64,000 nucleotides of DNA from Alphaproteobacteria bacterium (lineage in GTDB: Bacteria > Pseudomonadota > Alphaproteobacteria > Caulobacterales > Caulobacteraceae), in assembly GCA_018826515.1 (NCBI GenBank), contig JAHKAM010000063.1:26050-90049 (forward strand). The letters run 5' to 3'. Below the pieces are notes generated by a model. The model did not search any database and was not told the DNA's origin. It saw only the letters and a list, made by a program, of their open reading frames with translations. Positions 52,047 through 64,000 of this stretch are shown here, in pieces; within the stretch, counting starts at the first letter, position 1; the number at the start of each line of letters is the position of its first letter. The position numbers were made by a program, and so were the translations under genes.

Positions 52047-53381
52047 ATGTTTTCTCCGCTGTCCAATCCCGCCTACCGCAGGCTCTTCATCGCCCAGGTG
52101 TCGGCTCTGCTCGGTACGGGCATGGCGACCGTCGCCCTCGGCCTGCTTGCCCATGATCTGGCCGGCGCCAACGCCGGAGAAATTCTCGGCGCAGCGCTCT
52201 CGATCAAGATGGTGGCCTATATCGCCGTCGCGCCGTTCGCGAGCGCCATCGCCGCGCGCTTGCCGCGCAAGACCCTCCTCGTGTCGCTGGACGTCGTCAG
52301 GGCGGGCGTCGCCATCACCCTGCCGTTCGTGGGCGCCGCCTGGCAAGTCTATGCCCTGATGGCCGTGCTCTACACGGCCTCCGCCGCCTTCACCCCGGCG
52401 TTCCAGGCCATGATCCCGGACCTTCTGGAGGACGAGGGGGAGTATACCAAGGCGCTCTCGCTCTCCCGCCTCGCGGCGGACCTCGAAAGCGTGGCCAGTC
52501 CGGTGGTCGCCGCCGTTCTGCTGGCCTTCATCAGCTACAACAATCTGTTCGTGGGGACAGCTCTCGGCTTCGCGCTCTCGGCGGTCTTTGTCGTCCGGGC
52601 GATCCTGCCCCGGTCCGCCGGCGCAGCGCCCTTGCCCTTCATACGCCGGCTGACGGCTGGCGCCCGGCTGTTCGCCCTGACCCCGAGGCTGAGAGGCCTT
52701 CTGGCGGTCAGCCTGGCGACCGCCGCAGGCGGCGCGATGGTGTTCGTGAACACCGTCGTGCTTGTGCAGAGCAGCTTTGGCCTCTCTCAACAGGCGACGG
52801 CCTGGGCGCTCGCGGCCTTCGGCGCGGGGTCGATGACCGCCGCCCTGCTACTGCCGCGCGTCCTTCAAAGGATCCCCGACCGCTCCGCCATGATCGCGGG
52901 CGCTGGCGTCATGACGGGCGTGCTTCTGCTCGGCGCCTTTGTGGCGACGTCCTACCCCATCCTTTTGGGGCTCTGGATCGTCATGGGCTTCGGCTATTCG
53001 CTGACCATCACGCCGGCCGGTCGGGCGCTTCGACGGTCCTCGACCTCGCAAGACCGCCCCTCGCTGTTCGCCGCCCAGTTCGCCCTGTCCCACGCCTGCT
53101 GGCTGATCGCCTATCCGGTCGCGGGGCTCGTCTCCGCCGAGGCGGATCCCCGCGCGGCCTTCCTTGTGCTCGCGGGCCTCTGCGCGGTGGGTGTGGTTCT
53201 CGCGCTCGTGGTCTGGCCCCGCTACGACCCGGCCAATCTCGCGCACTCGCACTCGGACCTGGACGCCGATGACCCCCACCTGTCCGAAGGCGAGCGTCCG
53301 GACCGGCAGTCCAGTTGGCACGCCCATCCGGTCGTGATCGACGAGGCGCATCCGCGCTGGCCGCGACCGGACGAGAAATGA
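52047..53381 (+). CDS. MFS transporter
   Basis: MFSPLSNPAYRRLFIAQVSALLGTGMATVALGLLA plus about 12 TM segments. The start is the internal Met of ORF 52005..53381. Confidence 0.8.
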   Translation: MFSPLSNPAYRRLFIAQVSALLGTGMATVALGLLAHDLAGANAGEILGAALSIKMVAYIAVAPFASAIAARLPRKTLLVSLDVVRAGVAITLPFVGAAWQVYALMAVLYTASAAFTPAFQAMIPDLLEDEGEYTKALSLSRLAADLESVASPVVAAVLLAFISYNNLFVGTALGFALSAVFVVRAILPRSAGAAPLPFIRRLTAGARLFALTPRLRGLLAVSLATAAGGAMVFVNTVVLVQSSFGLSQQATAWALAAFGAGSMTAALLLPRVLQRIPDRSAMIAGAGVMTGVLLLGAFVATSYPILLGLWIVMGFGYSLTITPAGRALRRSSTSQDRPSLFAAQFALSHACWLIAYPVAGLVSAEADPRAAFLVLAGLCAVGVVLALVVWPRYDPANLAHSHSDLDADDPHLSEGERPDRQSSWHAHPVVIDEAHPRWPRPDEK

Positions 53382-53446
53382 TGGCGGGGCGCGTCAGGGG
53401 GTTCCAGCGCCCCGCCATCCGGTCGGCCGACTGGCGGCGGCCGACC
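53381..53446. terminator. Two hairpins between the convergent MFS and anchor-protein genes
   Basis: ATGGCGGGGCG...CGCCCCGCCAT at 53381-53418 (11-bp arms). GGTCGGCCG...CGGCCGACC at 53421-53446 (9-bp arms). Confidence 0.45.
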
Positions 53447-53456
53447 CACAAGCGGG

Positions 53457-54125
53457 TCAGACCACCCGCTTGATCTCGGTGTAGGCGCCTTCGGTTTCGA
53501 CCGTGATCGTCACGGTCTCTCCGGTCCGGTTGCGCCAGAACCAGCCATGGCTTCCGTCGAAGGCCGCCGTCAGCTCACCGGACTGCTGCAGATCGGTGCC
53601 CTTTCCGTAGCCGTGATAGCGGACGCCGGGGCGGTCAGCGTGGGTGTCGAAATTCACCGCACCTCCGCTGCTCCTCCAGGTGAAGCGGACCTTGGCGCCT
53701 TCGGCCATGTCCATCTTCAGCTCTGCGCCCTGGTTGGGGGCCAGTTCGATCACAGTCTCGTCCGAGCGGATGCCGGCTGCGGCGGCTTCAGCCGTGACCG
53801 GCCGGGCTGACGGCGCCACCGGACCGGTGGCTGCGGCCGGTGCTGCGGCAGGCGTCGGCGTGGAGGCGACGCCCGAGGTCTGGCCGGCGGCGGCGGCGTC
53901 CGCCGCAGCGTCAGCCTCGGCTTCCAGCGCGAGCTGGCGTTTCAGCTGGCCCATTTCCGTCAGGCCGAAGACCGAGCCGATACGCGTGGGATCGACGCCA
54001 TATTCGGCTGGAAGGACCACAGTGACGAGGATCGCGCCGGCGACGACGGCGGCGATGCCGGTGGATTTCAGCAACTCCTGCGTGGTGGGCAGTTCGGAGC
54101 GGGCGGGGCGGTTTGCGTTAAACAT
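53457..54125 (-). CDS. Single-pass 'transmembrane anchor' protein with an Ala/Pro-rich linker and a C-terminal beta domain
   Basis: Starts MFNANRPARSELPTT at 54125. Contains one TM helix. Lies downstream of hupE. The 460-aa track ORF is an over-extension. Confidence 0.5.
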   Translation of the reverse strand: MFNANRPARSELPTTQELLKSTGIAAVVAGAILVTVVLPAEYGVDPTRIGSVFGLTEMGQLKRQLALEAEADAAADAAAAGQTSGVASTPTPAAAPAAATGPVAPSARPVTAEAAAAGIRSDETVIELAPNQGAELKMDMAEGAKVRFTWRSSGGAVNFDTHADRPGVRYHGYGKGTDLQQSGELTAAFDGSHGWFWRNRTGETVTITVETEGAYTEIKRVV

Positions 54126-54139
54126 GGAGGGGGCTCCGA

Positions 54140-54871
54140 TCACATGACGAAGAAGCCGACGAGCTGGTAGCCCGTCAGAATGAAGCCGAGGCACATGACC
54201 ACGGCGTTGGTCAGGAAGGCGTGGTTCCAGAAGCTGTTCGAGCGGCGCCAGAAGCCCATCAGGATAAGGATGCCGCCGAGCGCCAGCAGCTGGCCGGCCT
54301 CGACGCCGATGTTGAAGGCGATCAGGTTGCCGATCAGGCCGTCCGGCGACATCTGGAAGTCCTGCAGCTTGGTCGCGAGACCGAAGCCGTGGAACAGACC
54401 GAAGATCAGGGTCGCCGCCTTGGTGGAGGGCTGGAAGCCGAACCAGCGCTGGAAGGCGCCCATGTTGTCCAGGGATTTGTAGACGACGGACAGGCCGATG
54501 ATGGCGTCCACGATGTAGCTGGAGACGCTGATGTCGGTCAGCACGCCCAGCAGCAGGGTTGAGGAGTGGCCGATGGCGAACAGCGTCACATAGATGCTGA
54601 TGTCCTTCATCCTGTAGAGGAAGAAGATCACGCCGAAGAGGAACAGCAGGTGGTCGTATCCGGTGACCATGTGCTTGGCGCCCAGATAGACGAAAGGCCA
54701 GAACAGGAAGCCGGTGGTCTCCTGGATGTAGCCCTTGTCGCCCTCGGCGACGCCGTGGGCGAGGGCCTGACTGAGGGCGCCGTCCAGAAGCATGAAACTG
54801 AGGATCAGCAGAAGCGCCGTCCAGGGCGATCGGAGCCACGACCAGGAGTCGCGGCGCAATGCAGAAGTCAT
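54140..54871 (-). CDS. HupE/UreJ-family (Ni/Co) membrane protein
   Basis: AHGVAEGDKGY...KHMVTGYDHLLFLFGVIFF...FAIGHSSTLLLGV. Confidence 0.8.
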   Translation of the reverse strand: MTSALRRDSWSWLRSPWTALLLILSFMLLDGALSQALAHGVAEGDKGYIQETTGFLFWPFVYLGAKHMVTGYDHLLFLFGVIFFLYRMKDISIYVTLFAIGHSSTLLLGVLTDISVSSYIVDAIIGLSVVYKSLDNMGAFQRWFGFQPSTKAATLIFGLFHGFGLATKLQDFQMSPDGLIGNLIAFNIGVEAGQLLALGGILILMGFWRRSNSFWNHAFLTNAVVMCLGFILTGYQLVGFFVM

Positions 54872-56036
54872 GATTGACCTTTCGCGGAGTTGGGGGAGGG
54901 GGTGAGGAAAAGGCTGCGCACCAGGGTGCGGGCGGGCCGCTCCCAGAAGGCGTGCAGTGCGAAGGCGCTGGCCAAAGTCACGACCAGCAACAGAGCCGCT
55001 TCGGAAGCGGACATCCGGTAGGTGCTGTCGATGCCGCCCAGCATCGCCATCCCGTTCTTCCAGATGATCAGAAGCGGGAGATGGACGAGGTAGAGGGCAT
55101 AGGAGGCTTCGCCCGCCTCCAGCAGCAGCGGATGGTTGAAGACGCTGTCATCCTCGGCGCGGTCCCAGAGGGCCAGCGCGAGGACGACGACGCCGGAGGC
55201 CGCCACGATCAGGCGCTCGTCGGCGCTGATCGCCATCAGGCAAATCAGGGCGAAAAGCGATCCGATGGCGGCGAGCGTCGCCGTCCGGCGACCGCAACGG
55301 ATGCGGCAACCGAGCTGGTAAAGGCCGATCCCGAACAGGAATTCGGGAATGATCCTCAGCACGCCGAGCACGAGCTCGGCATGGGTGAGCTGGTCCTTGA
55401 AGATCCAGCGGTAGAGGCCGTCGATCACCAGGAACAGGCCCACCGACAGACCGATCACCATCCAGGGGCGGCGGCCCGACCTGAGCCCGATGAAGGCGAA
55501 CACAGGGAAGGCCAGATAGGCGGCCCATTCCGCGGACAGGGACCAGGACGGGCCGTTCCACTCATTGGGAACGGTAGCCGGGAACCAGGCGTGGGTGAGG
55601 GCGAGGGCGGACGCGAACCCCGGCAGCGAGTAACTGTCGGCCGCGAACGGCTGACCCAGGGCGATAGCCGCCAGGACGATGAACGCCATCAGCACCATCA
55701 TGGCGAGATGAGCCGGATAGATCCGGGCCAGCCGCGCGATGAGGAAGCGCTTGTGGTTGTAGGTCCCGTTCCGGATCTGACGCCCGTAGACGTGCGCCAG
55801 GATGAAACCCGACAGAATGAAGAAGAAATCGACCGCGAGGCGTGCGCGCTCGATCAGGGCGAGCCCCGTCCCGCCCTCGGGCGTCATGTTCAGCTGGTAG
55901 TGGAAGAGCACGACGCCGAGGGCGAGCCAGAACCGAATGCCGGTCAGGGCCGGCAAACGGTCCGGGAAGCCCGGCGCCGACGCGTTGGGGACCGCCTCGG
56001 CGCCGCCCCCGCTCTTCCTGCGAAGAGCGGAGTTCA

Positions 56037-56037
<1 letters not shown>
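54868..56037 (-). CDS. Acyltransferase family 3 membrane protein
   Basis: LTGIRFWLALGVVLFHY plus about 10 TM segments. Its start shares one nucleotide with the czcA stop (TGATG). Its stop overlaps the hupE start (ATGA). Confidence 0.8.
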
Positions 56038-59237
<3,200 letters not shown>

Positions 59238-60503
59238 CTAGTGGTCGTGGCTCGCGCCGGACTTGTCGATGTCCGCGCGAATGAGGAAGGCGCCGTCCAC
59301 GACATAGGTCGTGTTTGGATCGATACCGCCCAGGACTTCGGTCCACTCGTCCGTCCGACGCCCAAGCTCGAGCATGCGGACCTCATAGGTGTTACCCACC
59401 TTGGCGTAGACGACGGTGAAGTCCCGGAAGGGCTGAAGCGCACGGGTGCGGACCGCGAGCGGCACTTCCCCGGTTCCGACCTGGACCGTCCCGTCGACGC
59501 CCAGGCCCGGGCGCCAGACGCCGCCTTGGGCCGGCAGGGCGACGTGGGCGACGAGCGTCTGACTGAGCACGTCATCAGCCGGGAGGATCGCCTCGATGGT
59601 GCCGGTGGTGGTGTTCTCGCCGGCGGTCCTGCGCACCTGGACGCGCTGGCCGACCCGCACCCGTTCGGCGTCACGCGGATAGAGGAAGAACTCCGCATGC
59701 AGACGGGTCGGATCGCCGATCATCAGCATGGGCGTCCCGTTGCCCGTGATGGCGCCCGGATTGATGTTCTTGGCGGTGATGACGCCCGAGATCGGGGCGG
59801 TGACCGAATAGGTCTGCAGGCTTTCGCTCGACTCCACCCGGGCGACGACCTGGCCGCGGGACACCCGTTGACCGAGCTGGACGTTCAGCGAGACCACACG
59901 GCCGGGGTAGCGGGCGTGGACCTCGGCTTGGGCTTCCGGAGCCAGCTCCACCCGGCCGGTAAGGGGCAGGGCTTCCGCCAGCGTGGCCGGCCCGACCTGT
60001 TCGGTCGTGACCCCGCCCGCCCGTGCGGCCTCCGCCGTGATCTGCGTACGGCCCTCGTAGGACTGGTAGGTCCACCTCGAGGTCTTTCCGCCCCGCACCG
60101 CGTTCACCGCGACGTCGAACGAGTGGGGCTCGGTGACGACGCCGGGGCTGGCGAGGTAGGCGCCCTCGGGGGTGAAGGTGAACCGATCAACCTGTGGCCC
60201 CAGACGCGTCAGCGCCATGGTGAGCTGAACCTGCCGGGGATCGAGCGGCTTGTCGTTCAGATACGGATAGATCCGGAAGAGGGGCTCAGGGCCTTCTTCG
60301 TAGATGGTGACTTCCAGCGAGAAGTCGCCGTCGCGGAGGAGGCGGCCATTGTTCGGGCCACGCTCGTAGTCCCCGGCGGCCGCCGCTTCGGCGCCCTCGG
60401 CCTTCTCGGCGCGCTCACCGCCGCCGCCGCAGGCGGCGAGCACCAGAGCAAGGCTGGTCAACGCCGCGCCGGAGGCGAGGCGCAGTGCATGTGTACGGGT
60501 CAT
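59238..60503 (-). CDS. czcB: RND periplasmic adaptor, second CzcB paralogue (lipoprotein)
   Basis: Lipobox LAACGG. HlyD-like segments (GRVELAPEAQAEVHARYPGRVVSLNVQLGQRVSRGQ). Confidence 0.85.
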   Translation of the reverse strand: MTRTHALRLASGAALTSLALVLAACGGGGERAEKAEGAEAAAAGDYERGPNNGRLLRDGDFSLEVTIYEEGPEPLFRIYPYLNDKPLDPRQVQLTMALTRLGPQVDRFTFTPEGAYLASPGVVTEPHSFDVAVNAVRGGKTSRWTYQSYEGRTQITAEAARAGGVTTEQVGPATLAEALPLTGRVELAPEAQAEVHARYPGRVVSLNVQLGQRVSRGQVVARVESSESLQTYSVTAPISGVITAKNINPGAITGNGTPMLMIGDPTRLHAEFFLYPRDAERVRVGQRVQVRRTAGENTTTGTIEAILPADDVLSQTLVAHVALPAQGGVWRPGLGVDGTVQVGTGEVPLAVRTRALQPFRDFTVVYAKVGNTYEVRMLELGRRTDEWTEVLGGIDPNTTYVVDGAFLIRADIDKSGASHDH

Positions 60504-61819
60504 GGTTGGGTCTCCAGGCCGAGCAGGTCGGCATGCGCGCCTGTCAGACGGTCCAGTCTGGCGCGGTCGGTGTGGAAGGCTTGCAGGATGGACACGCGCC
60601 TCGCCCGGGCCTGCAGCAAGGCTGTCTGCGCGGACATCACGTCGTTGTAGGTGAAGCCGCCGCGCCCGAAGCCCTCGCGGACAAGGGTGACGGCACGCTC
60701 CGCCTGAGGCAGGGTCTCCTCGGCGATGCGGCGCGCTTCGCTGGCCTTGGCGGCCAGCTGCACCTGAAGCCTGAGGATTTCGCGCTCGCGCTCGATCTCG
60801 AAAGCGCGGCGATCGGCCTGGGCGGCTACGCCCTCGGCCTGGGCGCGGGCGATTGCGCCTTCATTGCGGTCGTAGCGTTGAAGCGGCATCGATCCGCCGA
60901 ACACCAGGGCAACTTCGTTGTCCCAGATGTGGCGGACGCCGAGGCTCACCGTCGGGTCGGGCACGGCGCGCGCCTGTTCGACCCGCACCTGGGCGTCGGC
61001 GATCAGACGGCGGGCATCGAAAGCCGCGAGATCGATCTGCGCCACCGGACCGGCTTCCCGGCGAGAGGCGCTCGTGTCCTCGAAGGCATCAGCCCCGAGG
61101 GTGAACTCTGATCTGCCGAACCAGAATTTGGCGAGGTTGACCCGCGCCATACGCGCGCCGACCTCGGCCTGGTCGAAGTCGATCTGCGCCTGGGCGAGCT
61201 CGGCCTCCGCCCGGGCCCCTGCGAACAGGGGATCTCGTGCGGCGTTGACCCGTCGGGAGACTTCACTCTGGAAGGCCTCGGCCAGATTGAGCCGCTCCCT
61301 GGCGATTTCGAGCAAGGCCTCCGAAGCGAGCGCTTCGGCCCACGCCGTCTGGACCAGCTCGAGCCGGTCGAGCTGCGCGGCCCTGGCGTCGGCGAGAAGC
61401 AGATCTCCCTCGGCCCGGGCGAGCGCCGTGCGGGCCGGACGATCGCCGCCCCGTTCCAGACGTTGCTCGTACGTCAGCGTGGTCTCGGTTCGCCCGAGAA
61501 TATCGCCGCCGCCGAGCGTCGGCAGGTTCTCGACCATCAGTCCGACGTTCGGATTGGGTCGGACATCGGCCTGCCGCACGCCGGCTTCAGCGGCGCGACG
61601 ACGAGCTTCGACACCGGCGAGCGCCGGGTCTGACGCGGCGGAAAGACTGAGGGCTTCGCGCAAGCTGAGTTGCGGGTAGCCGTTCACGTCGGCGGGGACC
61701 GGCGCCGCTTGGGCGAACACCGGGGCAGGGGCGAGCGACGCCCCAAGGGCGAGCGCGAGCGCAGACACGGCTGCGGCGCGCACCCGCCATCCGGCAGCGC
61801 CGGATGCAGGTAGTTTCAA
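60500..61819 (-). CDS. czcC: Outer-membrane efflux protein, second CzcC paralogue
   Basis: TolC/OEP repeats. The stop overlaps the czcB start. Confidence 0.85.
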   Translation of the reverse strand: MKLPASGAAGWRVRAAAVSALALALGASLAPAPVFAQAAPVPADVNGYPQLSLREALSLSAASDPALAGVEARRRAAEAGVRQADVRPNPNVGLMVENLPTLGGGDILGRTETTLTYEQRLERGGDRPARTALARAEGDLLLADARAAQLDRLELVQTAWAEALASEALLEIARERLNLAEAFQSEVSRRVNAARDPLFAGARAEAELAQAQIDFDQAEVGARMARVNLAKFWFGRSEFTLGADAFEDTSASRREAGPVAQIDLAAFDARRLIADAQVRVEQARAVPDPTVSLGVRHIWDNEVALVFGGSMPLQRYDRNEGAIARAQAEGVAAQADRRAFEIEREREILRLQVQLAAKASEARRIAEETLPQAERAVTLVREGFGRGGFTYNDVMSAQTALLQARARRVSILQAFHTDRARLDRLTGAHADLLGLETQP

Positions 61820-61880
61820 GGAATTTCTCCAACAGGACGCGCACGGCCCGGAGGCCGCGCAGGATCAGCTTTTCAGGCGA

Positions 61881-62309
61881 TCAGGCGTTCTGTTTAGGAG
61901 GGTCGAGCGGGCTTTCCGGACGCGTTCCCGCCAAAGGCGGAGTCCGGGCCGGGTTGAGCGCGGGCGCAAGTCCGCTGGAGGGGGAGTTCGGCTGAGGCAG
62001 GCCTGCGAGCGCGATGTGCACGTCACCGCCGCCGCCATGGTGATGGTGCGGCAGCACCGGCATTTCGCTTTGGTCGGCGGTGTCGATCGCCGTGTCTGCG
62101 GCGGCAGAGGCTTCAGCGTCGACCTCGTGGGCGTGATCGTGCCCGTCGTCGTGATGATCATGGTCAGCCGCGGAATCGCTGAAAGCGACGCCGGGGAACT
62201 GGAGAGCATGTTCTATTCGATGTTGACCGTCACGTACCGCAAAGCCTTGCAGCGTGACCATAAGGGTCACGGCCAAGCCGATGCAGATCTGGCGGACAAG
62301 TCGCGACAA
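61881..62309 (-). CDS. Small secreted His-rich protein (CzcI-like position)
   Basis: Signal/TM segment ICIGLAVTLMVTLQGFA. DHDHHDDGHDHAHE and PHHHHGGGGDVH. Confidence 0.5.
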   Translation of the reverse strand: MSRLVRQICIGLAVTLMVTLQGFAVRDGQHRIEHALQFPGVAFSDSAADHDHHDDGHDHAHEVDAEASAAADTAIDTADQSEMPVLPHHHHGGGGDVHIALAGLPQPNSPSSGLAPALNPARTPPLAGTRPESPLDPPKQNA

Positions 62310-62378
62310 GAGAGTACCCCGTACTCCCCCGGACTATCTCGACACCCCTGATTCAAGCAACATCAAAAGTGTCGCAGT

Positions 62379-63323
62379 TCAGGCGGGGAGAGGCTCGGAG
62401 GGTTCGATTTCGATAGTGATATGCTTGAGCTCGTGCACCGGGACCAGCCGCGCTCGAAGCGCCTCCAAGGTCGCGCTGGAGGTCGCGACACTGATGATGG
62501 CGGCGTGAGCGTCCGGCCCAACCCGCCAGATGTGCAGATCGCGGATACGGGCATCGCCTGGCGTCTCGATCGCCTCGCGGGTTTCATCGGCGACGTGGGT
62601 GTCGGTTCGGTCCAGCAGGACGGCAGCCGTATCGCGCAGGAGACCCCATGACCATTTCGCGATTACCGCTGCGCCGACCAGGCCCATGATCGGGTCCAGC
62701 CATGTCCATCCGAGATAGTGACCTGACAGGAGCGCGACGATCGCACGGACCGATGTCAGGGCATCGGCTAGGACATGGAGATACGCGGAACGCAGATTGT
62801 TGTCGCCGCCGTGCCCGTGGTCGTGGTGGCCATGATCGTGATGATCATGCTGGTGGCTGTGGTGATGCCCTCCCGAGAGCAGAAGAGCGCTCACGACATT
62901 CACGACAAGGCCGATGACGGCGACAATCGCCGCTTCGCCGAACAAGACCGTAGTCGGCTCGAACAGACGTCGGATGGATTCCACGCCGATGCCAATGGCG
63001 AAAAGGCCCAGAACGAGCGCGGATGCAAACCCTGCCAGATCGCCGACCTTGCCGGTGCCGAAGCTGTATCGGGGGTCGTTCGCGTGACGGCGTGCGTAGC
63101 TGTAGGCTGCGGCCGCGACCCCAAGGGCTCCGGCGTGGGTGAGCATATGTATGCCGTCCGCCAGCAAGGCCATTGATCCCGTCAGCACGCCGGCGACGAT
63201 CTCTCCGACCATCATCACTGCGGTCAGGACGACCACGATCAATGTGCGGCGGGCGTTCTCGTCATGATTGGCGGCCAGAAAGACATGATCATGGGCCGGT
63301 GAAGCGGCAGGCTGGATGGTCAT
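62379..63323 (-). CDS. dmeF: Full-length CDF transporter, DmeF-like (Co/Ni)
   Basis: SMALLADGIHMLTH in TM2. His-rich loop GGHHHSHQHDHHDHGHHDHGHGGD. HVLADALTS in TM5. A C-terminal domain is present. Confidence 0.85.
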   Translation of the reverse strand: MTIQPAASPAHDHVFLAANHDENARRTLIVVVLTAVMMVGEIVAGVLTGSMALLADGIHMLTHAGALGVAAAAYSYARRHANDPRYSFGTGKVGDLAGFASALVLGLFAIGIGVESIRRLFEPTTVLFGEAAIVAVIGLVVNVVSALLLSGGHHHSHQHDHHDHGHHDHGHGGDNNLRSAYLHVLADALTSVRAIVALLSGHYLGWTWLDPIMGLVGAAVIAKWSWGLLRDTAAVLLDRTDTHVADETREAIETPGDARIRDLHIWRVGPDAHAAIISVATSSATLEALRARLVPVHELKHITIEIEPSEPLPA

Positions 63324-63592
63324 TTATAGCGTCCGATAATGGATATGAGCTCGTCGGCGCCCTTGCGACGCGCGGCTTCATCAAGATGAGGCGCAGCGAC
63401 ATGGTGCTCGAGATGCTGAAGGATCAGCGCTTCGACCAGGCCGCCAAGAGCGCCGCGCACGGCGGCGGCCTGCTGGAGGACGGCGATGCAATCGACATCA
63501 TCATTGATGGCGCGCTCGAGAGCGCTGACCTGCCCATTGATGCGGCGGACCCTGGCCATAAGTTTGGGCTTGTCAGCGGCGATATGGGCCAT
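63320..63592 (-). CDS. dmeR: CsoR/RcnR-family metalloregulator, DmeR/RcnR-like
   Basis: The fingerprint residues His3, Cys35, His60 and His64 were counted directly in MAHIAADKPK...DVDCIAVL...ILQHLEHH. It forms an ATGA overlap with dmeF. Confidence 0.85.
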   Translation of the reverse strand: MAHIAADKPKLMARVRRINGQVSALERAINDDVDCIAVLQQAAAVRGALGGLVEALILQHLEHHVAAPHLDEAARRKGADELISIIGRYK

Positions 63593-63628
63593 GGTGGAAT
63601 CCTTCTCGAGACGACGTGTTGGGTCTCA

Positions 63629-63844
63629 TTAGTCACTCGCCCCGGCCTTCGCACCCAAGGCGGTCATTCGCCGGGGGAGCTCCCGCTCGATGGCCTTGCG
63701 GCGGAAGGGCGACAGCTTGCACCATTGAGCCACTTCCGGACGCGTTCGGCCGCACCCCACGCACCAGCCGGTCGCGGAATCGAAGATGCAGATGTCTATG
63801 CAGGGTGTCTTCACCGATCGGCCCGTCACCGAGCCGTGGCGCAA
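63629..63844 (-). CDS. DUF1289 protein
   Basis: TPCIDICIFDSATGWCVGCGRTRPEVAQW. Confidence 0.7.
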   Translation of the reverse strand: MRHGSVTGRSVKTPCIDICIFDSATGWCVGCGRTRPEVAQWCKLSPFRRKAIERELPRRMTALGAKAGASD

Positions 63845-63868
63845 GCCGTCACGAACCGGTTGGGCTGA

Positions 63869-63887
63869 TATACTCCCTACCAGTATA
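63869..63887. promoter_or_regulatory. RcnR/DmeR-type operator
   Basis: TATACT-CCCTACC-AGTATA, i.e. a TACT-N7-AGTA dyad with a C-rich spacer. It lies 25 nt upstream of the DUF1289 start. Confidence 0.55.
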
Positions 63888-64000
63888 ACATCAAGGTTTG
63901 CGTGAGTGATGTCGCTGTGCCGCCATCGCTGGCGGCGTCGTGCCTTCAGAGGGGGAAAGGCTGGGTTTCGAGCCGCATCAATCCTCGTCGCCCGCGACCG

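Overview
High-GC sequence of alphaproteobacterial type (Caulobacterales or Sphingomonadales style; this is inference only). It reads as a mosaic conjugative-element region with several cargo modules.

Layout, left to right:
1. **SOS mutagenesis (1-1951).** imuB (partial) and imuA lie divergent from an SRAP peptidase gene. A GTTC-N7-GTTC LexA-type box sits between them.
2. **Transfer backbone (about 2.3-22.5 kb).**
   - Leading region: DUF736, ArdC, and a wHTH / Abi_2 / DUF3800-like module.
   - Processing: a candidate oriT, MobC and a relaxase.
   - A visibly lower-GC TetR/hydrolase islet.
   - An LPD7 protein, VirD4, and a complete translationally coupled VirB11-to-VirB1 type IV secretion operon.
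   - LuxR-type and XRE-type regulators.
3. **Lasso-peptide locus of the isopeptidase type (22.7-33.1 kb).**
   - GntR regulator, two precursor genes, a fused B1/B2 protease and an Asn-synthetase-like cyclase.
   - On the opposite strand: S9 isopeptidase, a TonB-dependent transducer with a signalling (STN) domain, FecR and an ECF sigma factor.
4. **Three-gene candidate conflict system (34.4-38.2 kb).** A Cap4/DUF4297-like nuclease, a wHTH middle component, and an SMC/Rad50-like ABC ATPase with a zinc-hook-like apex. The three genes overlap by 4 nt each. I consider this the most interesting system in the window.
5. **Heavy-metal island (38.2-63.9 kb).**
   - Two paralogous czcI-like / czcCBA sets in opposite orientation.
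   - MerR, two CDF transporters that lack the C-terminal domain, a CzcN-like methyltransferase, a P1B-4-type ATPase and DUF305.
   - MerC-like protein, MFS transporter, HupE/UreJ, two acyltransferase-3 genes, and DUF1289-dmeR-dmeF with an RcnR-type operator.

I recognised no integrase, transposase, rRNA, tRNA or CRISPR array, so element boundaries cannot be called. Many long ORFs in the track are antisense or GC shadow ORFs and were rejected.
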